Shown here one piece after another: positions 37,968 through 45,418 of a stretch of DNA of 64,000 bases. The position numbers were made by a program, and so were the translations under genes. The notes beneath the pieces are model-generated. The model did not search any database, was not told where the DNA came from, and was given only the letters and a program-made list of their open reading frames with translations. The stretch is from contig CAWIRL010000010.1 of assembly GCA_963838545.1 (NCBI GenBank), forward strand, positions 48,639 to 112,638. Direction: 5' to 3'. The DNA is from an uncultured Acidobacteriota bacterium. GTDB taxonomy: Bacteria; Acidobacteriota; Terriglobia; Acidiferrales; UBA7541. Each line of letters begins with the position of its first letter. Position 1 is the stretch's first letter.

Positions 37968-39614
37968 ATGCGAAGGATTTTTTTCACTGTTGAAGTGCTT
38001 GCGCTGCTGATCCTGGCTTCGGCGGCCACGGTGGCTCGCGCGCAATCGAAAGAGGATTCCGCCGACGCCAAGCCGAAGTCTGCAGCGCGCGAAATTTTCA
38101 AGGTGGAGCAGCAGGCGAGCAAGGGATCGGTAACGATCGGCGGAAAAAGCATCGCCTATGACGCCTATGCGGGAACGATCGTGGTGCACCCGAAAGGCTG
38201 GGACGACGTGCCGCAGAATTACGAGGCCGACACCGAAGCCTCGAACGACAAGAGCAAGAAAAATTTGCCGCAGCCGGAAGCCAGCATGTTTTACGTGGCG
38301 TATTTCAAATCCGGCGATGCGGCCGCGCACCGGCCGCTGACGTTTCTGTTCAACGGCGGACCGGGCTCCTCCACCGTGTGGCTGCACATGGGCGCGTTTG
38401 GCCCCAGACGCGTGGTGACGGCCGACAATTCGCACACCGCGGCGGCGCCTTATCCCGTGGTGAATAACGATTACAGCTTGCTCGACGCGAGCGATCTCGT
38501 TTTCGTGGACGCGCCCGGCACGGGCTTCAGCCGCATCGCGGGCAAGGATCGCGAAAAGGCTTTCTATGGCGTGGATGCGGATGCCGAGGCCTTCGCCGAT
38601 TTCATTTCACAATTTCTCTCGAAATATTCGCGCTGGAATTCGCCGAAATATTTATTCGGCGAAAGTTACGGCACCACGCGCTCGGCGGTGCTCATCAATG
38701 TGCTGGAAAACAGCCGCGACATTGATTTCAACGGCGTGATCCTGCTTTCGCAGATTCTGAACTTCGATAACAGCGCGGATATTCCGCAATACAATCCCGG
38801 CATTGACTTGCCTTATCAACTGGCGCTGCCGACTTACGCCGCGACGGCGTGGTATCACCACAAGCTGGCGCCCGATGCGCCGAAAGAATTGGCGCCGCTG
38901 CTCAGCGAGGTGGAGCATTTTGCCATGACCGACTACGGCGTAGCGCTGGCGGAAGGATCGGCGCTCGCACCGGAGCGGCGCGCTGCGATCGTCGCGAAGC
39001 TGCACGAATACACCGGCCTTCCCGCAGAGTACATCGAGAAAGCCGACCTGCGCATCAGCGGCGGCGAATTCGAAAAAACGCTGCAGGACAACGACTCGAC
39101 CACCACCGGACGGCTGGATTCGCGCTTTTCCGGTCCCACGCTTGATCCGCTGAGCAAGGAAGCGGAATACGATCCGCAATCCGCGGCGATCAGTTCGGCG
39201 TATGTTTCGGCGTTCAATGATTACGTGCGGCAGGAGTTGAAATTCGGCGAGGGCAGGGAATTCAAGCCGGGAATTGACGCTTGGAAATTCTGGGATTTCC
39301 GTCACAAGCCGCCCGGAGCGAGCGATCCTGTGATCTCCGCGGCGAATGTGATGACGGATCTGGCCAGCGCGATGAAGCAGAATCCGAATCTGAAAATTTT
39401 GTTGAATGCTGGTTATTTCGATTTGGCCACGCCTTTTTATGAGGGCATCTACGAGATGCAGCATTTGCCGATTCCGATGAAGCTGCAGGGGAATATTGAA
39501 TATAAATTTTATGAGTCTGGGCATATGGTTTATGCGCATGAGGCTTCGTTGAAAGAAATTCACGATAATGTGGCGGCGTTTATTCGCGGTAATGTGACTG
39601 GGAGTTCGAGGTAG
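37968..39614 (+). CDS. Secreted serine carboxypeptidase, peptidase family S10
   Basis: I prefer the ATG at 37968, which gives a signal peptide (MRRIFFTVEVLALLILASAATVARAQ). 'FLFNGGPGSSTVWLHMGAFGP', nucleophile 'LFGESYGTTRSAVL', and 'YESGHMVY' near the C-terminus. Confidence 0.85.
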   Translation: MRRIFFTVEVLALLILASAATVARAQSKEDSADAKPKSAAREIFKVEQQASKGSVTIGGKSIAYDAYAGTIVVHPKGWDDVPQNYEADTEASNDKSKKNLPQPEASMFYVAYFKSGDAAAHRPLTFLFNGGPGSSTVWLHMGAFGPRRVVTADNSHTAAAPYPVVNNDYSLLDASDLVFVDAPGTGFSRIAGKDREKAFYGVDADAEAFADFISQFLSKYSRWNSPKYLFGESYGTTRSAVLINVLENSRDIDFNGVILLSQILNFDNSADIPQYNPGIDLPYQLALPTYAATAWYHHKLAPDAPKELAPLLSEVEHFAMTDYGVALAEGSALAPERRAAIVAKLHEYTGLPAEYIEKADLRISGGEFEKTLQDNDSTTTGRLDSRFSGPTLDPLSKEAEYDPQSAAISSAYVSAFNDYVRQELKFGEGREFKPGIDAWKFWDFRHKPPGASDPVISAANVMTDLASAMKQNPNLKILLNAGYFDLATPFYEGIYEMQHLPIPMKLQGNIEYKFYESGHMVYAHEASLKEIHDNVAAFIRGNVTGSSR

Positions 39615-39636
39615 TAGGTGGCGAGGTTGCCGGTTT

Positions 39637-39671
39637 GGGGGGACAGACGCCGGCAGGCTGCCGGCGTTACG
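39637..39671 (+). repeat. REP-like hairpin element, family 1, copy b
   Basis: GGGGGGACAGACGCCGGCAGGCTGCCGGCGTTACG. The stem ACGCCGGCA / TGCCGGCGT closes a GGC loop. It lies between convergent genes. Confidence 0.7.
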
Positions 39672-39750
39672 AAGATCACGGCAATGTGGCGTTCATTCGC
39701 GGCAATGTTGCTGGCGAGTTCAGAGTAGTAGGTCGCAAGGTCGCCAGGTT

Positions 39751-39784
39751 GGGGGACAGACGTCGGCAGGCTGCCGGCGTTACG
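39751..39784 (+). repeat. REP-like hairpin element, family 1, copy c
   Basis: GGGGGACAGACGTCGGCAGGCTGCCGGCGTTACG, with one mismatch relative to copy b. Confidence 0.7.
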
Positions 39785-39806
39785 GGTTCGCGGCTCGGCT
39801 TCCGCG

Positions 39807-41630
39807 TTACGTTGCCAGCGGGATGGTGAAGTGGAATTGCGAGCCTTGGTTTACTGCGCTGTCTACCCAGATGCGGCCGCCGTGGGCTTCTACTATGTGC
39901 TTGGCGATGGAGAGGCCTAGGCCGGTGCCGCCTACCTCGCGGCTGCGGGCTGCGTCCACGCGATAGAAGCGCTCGAAGATGCGCTCTTTGTCGGCTAGCG
40001 GAACGCCCACGCCGGTGTCCGCGACGGTGACCACCGCTTCGGAATCGCGCGTGACGGCGCTTAACGCGATTTTGCCGCCGGGCTGCGTGTATTGCACCGC
40101 GTTATCGAGCAAATTCTGCAGCACTTCGCGCAACAGGCTGGCATCGCCGCGCACCGGCGGCAAGCCCGGCGGAAAACTTACATCGAGCGACAAATTCCGC
40201 TGGCTGGCTTTCAGCAGTGTGGTGGTGGCGCAGCTTTCCATGATATCGGCCAGCGCCACGGGCTGAAATTCCAACTCGAGCTTGCCGGCTTCGATGCGGG
40301 CTAGTTTCAGGAGATCGTCGGTGAGGCGCCCGAGGCGCACGGCGTGATCGCGGATAATTTGCAGGAAGCGGCGATTATTTTGTTGGTCTTCGAGCGCGCC
40401 GCTTAGCAACGTTTCAGAGAAGCCCTGGATCGCGGTGAGCGGCGTTTTGAATTCGTGGGAGACGTTGGCGACGAAATCCTGGCGCACGCGCTCGAGGCGG
40501 CGTAGCTCGGTGATATCGTGCAGCACGATCACCGCGCCGCGCTGCTGTGCTTCCGCGCGCGACGAAACGCCGCCGGCGGCTTCTGCGGCGGCGCCCGCGT
40601 GGGCGTCAGCCTGCGAAGCTAGCGCTGTAATTGGCGCAGCAGTGACGCCAAAATTCCGCGGCGCCACGGTGCCCAGCACCAAATCGCCCTGCACATTCTC
40701 GCCACTCTGCAACGCGCGGCGCGCCAGCTCCACCAAATCTGCCTGCCGCACCACTTCCAGCAGCGGCCGGCCTTCACTCCGCGCTGCGTCAATGCCCAAA
40801 ATTTCCGCGAACGCCTGATTGCAGAAAACGACGCGCTCTTTGGCGTCAATCACCGCAACGCCTTCCACCATGCTGCGAAGGATGGCGCTCGAGCGATTGC
40901 GCTCGTCGGTGAGCGTGCGAATATTTCCGGCCAGGCGCGCCGCGGTTTCATTCAGCGCGCGAACCAGGTCGGTAAGTTCGTCCTCGGTATCCTCGCGCTC
41001 CAGCGGACGAAAATCTCCGGCGGCAACGCGTCCGGCGAAATCCTTCAAGCGCTCGACGCGCATGGAAAATCCGCGCGAAACGAAAAACGAAACCGCGCCG
41101 CCCAATATAAGGATGAGCAGCGAGGCCACAATGAGCCGATGGCGCACCACGGCAATCGCTTCGCTTACTTCCGCCAGCGGCACAGCCATGCGCAGCACTA
41201 CGGGCGATCCGGCCGGCGGCTGGTAACGCACGGCGCGGTACACCAAATCGCGATTGACGGTCGCGCTGTGACGCACGGATTCTCCCGCGCCATTCGCAAA
41301 CGCCTCGCGAATCTCGGGCCGGCCAGAATGATTTTCCATTTTGGCGGGATCTTCGGCGGAATCGGCGAGCACCAGGCCGTCGAAAGCGATCACGGTAACG
41401 CGCGCGCCGCTCTGCGACATCCCTTCCGCCCAAGCGCGCAACGCGGGAAGGTCGTCAATTTGCGGCGGATGCGCCTGCGCCGTTTTTTCCAGCGCGGCCA
41501 GCTCGTTTTCAGCGGACTGGATATATTCGCTCCGCAAGATGCGCGAGACGTAGAAATTCACCGCGGCCAGGACGGCCAGCAGGAGCAGCAGATACGTCAG
41601 CCCCAATTTCCAGAAGAGCTTAGCTCGCAC
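39807..41630 (-). CDS. phoR: PhoR-like phosphate-regulon sensor histidine kinase (TM-periplasmic-TM, HAMP, PAS, HisKA, HATPase)
   Basis: 607 aa. 'FVANVSHEFKTPLTAIQGFSETL' is a PhoR-type H-box. 'LLDNAVQYT', 'DTGVGVP', 'GGTGLGLSIAKHIVEAHGGRIWVDS'. It overlaps the upstream response regulator by 11 nt, and phoU is 3 kb away. Confidence 0.8.
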   Translation of the reverse strand: MRAKLFWKLGLTYLLLLLAVLAAVNFYVSRILRSEYIQSAENELAALEKTAQAHPPQIDDLPALRAWAEGMSQSGARVTVIAFDGLVLADSAEDPAKMENHSGRPEIREAFANGAGESVRHSATVNRDLVYRAVRYQPPAGSPVVLRMAVPLAEVSEAIAVVRHRLIVASLLILILGGAVSFFVSRGFSMRVERLKDFAGRVAAGDFRPLEREDTEDELTDLVRALNETAARLAGNIRTLTDERNRSSAILRSMVEGVAVIDAKERVVFCNQAFAEILGIDAARSEGRPLLEVVRQADLVELARRALQSGENVQGDLVLGTVAPRNFGVTAAPITALASQADAHAGAAAEAAGGVSSRAEAQQRGAVIVLHDITELRRLERVRQDFVANVSHEFKTPLTAIQGFSETLLSGALEDQQNNRRFLQIIRDHAVRLGRLTDDLLKLARIEAGKLELEFQPVALADIMESCATTTLLKASQRNLSLDVSFPPGLPPVRGDASLLREVLQNLLDNAVQYTQPGGKIALSAVTRDSEAVVTVADTGVGVPLADKERIFERFYRVDAARSREVGGTGLGLSIAKHIVEAHGGRIWVDSAVNQGSQFHFTIPLAT

Positions 41631-42375
41631 GGGTTTCGAACAAGTAGCCGGCGCCGCGAATCGTCTTTACGTAGGAGGGAACCTGCGGATTCTCTTCGAT
41701 TTTCTCGCGCAAGCGGCGGACGTAGACGTCCACGCTGCGCGGCGTGACGAAGCGGTCGGTGCCCCAGACGGCGTCAAGAAGCTGGTCGCGCGAAAAAACT
41801 TTGTTGGGCCGCGCGGCGAGATAGTAGAGCAGGCGGAATTCGAGCGTGCTGAGCGGCACTTGCTTGCCCGAGCGCGTCACGCGATAGGCCGCAGGATCGA
41901 TGCGCAGCACGCCGACATCAATCAATTTTTCGGTGGCGACGGCCGGCTCAACGCGTCGCAAGAGCGCCTTCACGCGCGCGACGAATTCGCGCGGGCTGAA
42001 TGGCTTCGTGACGTAATCATCCGCGCCCAGCTCGAGGCCGACGACGCGGTCCGCTTCTTCTCCCCGCGCCGTAAGGATCAGGATGGGCAGGCGATTGAGC
42101 GCGGCATCGCGGCGGACTTCTTTGCAGATTTCCAGGCCCGAAAGTTTCGGCAGCATCAAATCGAGCACCAGCAAATCGGGCGGCGACTTCTTCACCTGCG
42201 CCATGCCGATGGCGCCATCGGTGGCGGTGAAGACCTGATAGCCGTCCTTCTCGAGGTTGTAGCGGACCAACTCGATGATGTCGCGGTCGTCTTCGATGAC
42301 CAGAATTTTCTTCTTGATCACAGCCTCCCGGCCCTCTTTTCCGTCCACCTTAATGGAACCTGCCGATTCAAGCAA
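41620..42375 (-). CDS. phoB: PhoB-like OmpR-family response regulator
   Basis: REC ('KILVIEDDRDIIELV', 'DLLVLDLMLPKLSG') plus a winged-helix domain ('LSTLEFRLLYYLA', 'VDVYVRRLREKIE', 'IRGAGYLF'). The true start may be the GTG at 42321 (GGGAGG just upstream, VIKKKILVIEDD) rather than the ORF-track start at 42375. Confidence 0.8.
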   Translation of the reverse strand: MLESAGSIKVDGKEGREAVIKKKILVIEDDRDIIELVRYNLEKDGYQVFTATDGAIGMAQVKKSPPDLLVLDLMLPKLSGLEICKEVRRDAALNRLPILILTARGEEADRVVGLELGADDYVTKPFSPREFVARVKALLRRVEPAVATEKLIDVGVLRIDPAAYRVTRSGKQVPLSTLEFRLLYYLAARPNKVFSRDQLLDAVWGTDRFVTPRSVDVYVRRLREKIEENPQVPSYVKTIRGAGYLFETRAS

Positions 42376-42411
42376 GACTTGGAGATAGGGCTATTTTGCC
42401 TTGCGAGTTTT

Positions 42412-42447
42412 GTGACGCAGATTACGGGAGCATTACAATCGCGTGAC
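42412..42447 (-). promoter_or_regulatory. Candidate Pho box upstream of phoB-phoR (divergent with the Clp-like/TonB receptor genes)
   Basis: The minus strand reads GTCAC-N6-GTAAT-N6-GTAAT-N4-GTCAC, with pentamers at 42447, 42436, 42425 and 42416. The first three are at 11-bp phasing. The same GT[CA]A[CT] half-site occurs upstream of phoU. Confidence 0.35.
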
Positions 42448-42661
42448 TCGGAAACGAACCGCGGGTTTCAATCCGAACCAATTTGCGCGGCCTGAAGCGG
42501 AATCCGAACGAGCGGGGGAAATTCCCGAAATGGCAGGCGTAGAAGGGCTGTGCTTGCAGTGATTTACGCGTCTGCTCCGATTTGAATTTGGCCATCCTTG
42601 TGCTCAATGCCTCGCGGGTTCATGCGGACGCCGGGGCGGCCGCAGCGAAAAGGGGGACCCC

Positions 42662-43948
42662 ATGAGCACCCAGCCACGCAAACTTCTCAATCCATTTTTG
42701 CGCAGCAGCGAATCGCAGGATTTCGAGTCTGGCTTGCGGCGAAAAATTGTGGGCCAGGACGAAGCCGTGCAAGCGGTGGTGGATCTATACCAGGTATTTC
42801 GTGCCGGACTGAATTCGCCCGGGCGCCCGGTGGGCAATTTGCTTTTCCTTGGGCCGACCGGTGCGGGGAAGACGCGGGTGGTGGAGGCCACGGCTGAAAT
42901 TCTCTTTGGCGATCCGCGCGCGGTGATCAAAGTGGACTGCGCCGAATTTCAGCACTCGCACGAAATCGCGAAATTGATTGGCTCGCCGCCGGGATATCTC
43001 GGGCATCGCGAGACGCACCCGTTGATCACTCAGGAAGCTCTCGGGCAGTTTCAAACCGAAAAGCTAAAGCTCTCCTTTTTGCTGTTCGACGAAATCGAAA
43101 AAGCCTCGGACTCATTGTGGCAGTTGCTATTGGGCATTCTGGATAAAGCCACACTCACGCTTGGTGATAACCGCCGCGTGGATCTCTCGCAGACCATGAT
43201 TTTCATGACTTCGAATCTCGGCGGCGGTGAAATTACGGAACTGATGACCGGCGGCCTGGGCTTTGCTCCGCAACAACTGCCGGAGAATCGAGCAGGACTT
43301 GATGAAAAAGTGGAACGCACCGCGTCCGAAGCCGCCAAGCGGAAATTCGCGCCTGAATTCATGAACCGCATTGACAAAGTGGTTGTCTTCCATCCTTTGC
43401 GCACCGAGCAGCTTGAATCCATTCTGGAGATTGAGTTGGGCATGGTGCAGCAGCGCGTGCTCGAGACCGCGCGCGGCAGATTTCTGTTCCGCGTCACTCC
43501 CGCGGCGCGTGAATTTCTGCTCAAGGAAGGAACGGATCTGAAATACGGCGCGCGCCACCTGAAGCGTTCGATCGAGCGGCATCTCGTCTACCCGCTGGCG
43601 AGCCTGCTGGCCACCGAGCAGGTAAATCTCGGCGACGTGCTTTCGATTGATTGGGACGATAGAAATTTCTGCCTGGCTTTCGATCGCGTCGCGGCCGGCG
43701 CGCCATTGCCGCCTATTCCCGGACAACGCACGGCCGTCGCCGCTGCCGGAGAAACTACCGGCCGCGGCGAACCCGCCACCGGAATTCGCGGCGTGCCCGA
43801 TGCCGTCTGGAGCGGCTTGCGCAAACCGGCCGATGCCGCTTCGCCACTTGGCGGCAACACCGCCCATACCGCCCACGCCGTTCCGGTCGAAGACAAGAGC
43901 GCCGAATCGAAAGGGAACAGGCCCACGCCCGTCGAGCCTCGCAAGTGA
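42662..43948 (+). CDS. Stand-alone Clp/Hsp100 D2-type AAA+ ATPase (AAA_2 plus ClpB_D2-small), no N-domain or D1
   Basis: 428 aa. 'IVGQDEAVQAVV', Walker A 'LFLGPTGAGKT', 'IGSPPGYLGH', Walker B 'LLFDEIEKA', sensor-1 'IFMTSNLG', 'NRIDKVVVFHPL', sensor-2 'GARHLKRSIE'. There is a low-complexity C-terminal tail. Confidence 0.85.
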   Translation: MSTQPRKLLNPFLRSSESQDFESGLRRKIVGQDEAVQAVVDLYQVFRAGLNSPGRPVGNLLFLGPTGAGKTRVVEATAEILFGDPRAVIKVDCAEFQHSHEIAKLIGSPPGYLGHRETHPLITQEALGQFQTEKLKLSFLLFDEIEKASDSLWQLLLGILDKATLTLGDNRRVDLSQTMIFMTSNLGGGEITELMTGGLGFAPQQLPENRAGLDEKVERTASEAAKRKFAPEFMNRIDKVVVFHPLRTEQLESILEIELGMVQQRVLETARGRFLFRVTPAAREFLLKEGTDLKYGARHLKRSIERHLVYPLASLLATEQVNLGDVLSIDWDDRNFCLAFDRVAAGAPLPPIPGQRTAVAAAGETTGRGEPATGIRGVPDAVWSGLRKPADAASPLGGNTAHTAHAVPVEDKSAESKGNRPTPVEPRK

Positions 43949-45400
43949 AGTTCGCCACGGGTCCCGATCGGCGCAGCTCGCTTGATGGACTCGACGAGCC
44001 ACCGACCGGTGCGGCCGCGCGAAATTTATCCCGCCGCATAATACTTGCCATTCTCGCTCTCCCATCCATATGGCTGATGCTCGCCGCCCCGGCGCGCTCG
44101 CAGTCGGATCCCCCGCGAAGCCAATCTCCTTCGCCCGATCTTTCGTCGAAAAGCCTCGAAGATTTGATGAATACCGAAGTGACTTCGGTATCGAAGAAGG
44201 AACAAAAACTTTCGCAGGTGGCCGCGGCGATTTTCGTGATTTCCGCAGAGGACATCCGGCGCTCGGGCGCCACGAACATCCCCGATTTGCTGCGCATGGT
44301 GCCGGGGTTGGACGTCGGCCAAATCAACGGCAGCACCTGGGCCATCAGCGCGCGCGGATTCAACGCGCAATTCAGCAACAAACTGCTGGTGATGATTGAC
44401 GGCCGGGTGGTGTACACCCCGAATTTCGCCGGCGTTTATTGGGACACGCTCGATTTTCCTCTTGAGGACATTGAAAGAATTGAAGTAATTCGCGGCCCGG
44501 GCGGGACGGTTTGGGGCGCGAACGCGGTCAACGGTGTGATCAGTATTTTCACCAAGACCGCGGCGGAAACGCGCGGCGGCGTGGTGCAGGCCGGCGCGGG
44601 AAATATTCAGCAGGGTTTCGGACTCGCGCAATACGGCGGAGGGTGGAAAAACGCGGTGGACTACCGCGTCTACGCGAAATATTTCAATCAATATCACCTG
44701 TCCAGCCTCAGCGGTCAAAACGGGTTTGACGATTGGCACATGTTGCGCGGCGGATTCCGCGTTGACAGCACTCTCTCGCCGAAAGACACACTGATGCTGG
44801 AGGGCAGCCTCTACACCGGCCGCGAAGACGAACTCGGCTTCGTGCTGCCTGCGGTGATGCAATCCACAGAACCCTCCCGTTCTTTTTTTGAAGCCACTCC
44901 GGCTCCGGCGCACGAGGTTCAGCTCTTCACCTATGAAAACTTGATGCGCGGCCACACCTACGGATTTGAAATTGCCGGAAAGTGGAAAGCCACGGATCGC
45001 TGGAGCCTCAGCCCCGGTTATGCGCTCAGAGCTTCTCCAGATGCATACCGATCCCGCAAGCCTGGACACGATTACTCCGTTCTTCGTTGCAGACGGTGCG
45101 CCGCGCCACAGCGCTCAGTTGCGCTCCCACTTCGACGCCGGCCACGGGCTGAGCTGGGATGCTGCGGCTTATTTTAACGGCCGCCTGAGCCATCAAGGCC
45201 TCACCGACGATCAGGCAATTCCAGCATACGCGCGGCTGGACGCCAGCCTCACCTGGAAGCCGCGCGAAAGAATCTCGTTCGTGCTCGCCGGACAGAATTT
45301 GCAGCGCGACCATCACCTCGAATTTGAGGACGTCTTCGGAAGCATGCAGAGCGGCCAGGTGAAGCGCAGCGGCTATCTCGCAATCGAGTGGCGTTTCTAG
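43945..45400 (+). pseudogene. TonB-dependent receptor paralog with a large internal deletion and a frameshift
   Basis: The GTG at 43945 overlaps the upstream stop (GTGA). The plug is nearly identical in pattern to the next gene ('SLEDLMNTEVTSVSKKEQKLSQVAAAIFVISAEDIRRSGATNIPDLLRMVPG'). About 230 aa of barrel are absent relative to 45419..47590. The C-terminus ('..SGYLAIEWRF') is in the ORF 44966..45400 frame. Confidence 0.7.
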
Positions 45401-45418
45401 ACGAAAGCCGGGAAGAAT

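Larger units (their letters stand above)
39561..39784. repeat. Diverged tandem duplication (about 110 bp x2) covering the last 54 bp of the S10 gene plus a REP-like hairpin
   Basis: Unit 1 (39561-39671) encodes ..HDNVAAFIRGNVTGSSR*. Unit 2 (39677-39784) would encode HGNVAFIRGNVAGEFRV. The units are about 85% identical by eye, with a 3-bp indel. Confidence 0.8.

Noticed and set aside
42463-42479. tRNA T-arm-like string GGGTTTCAATCCGAACC
   Set aside because: No acceptor stem, D-arm or anticodon arm can be built around it. I found no tRNA or rRNA anywhere in the window by eye, but this needs confirmation with tRNAscan-SE and Infernal.
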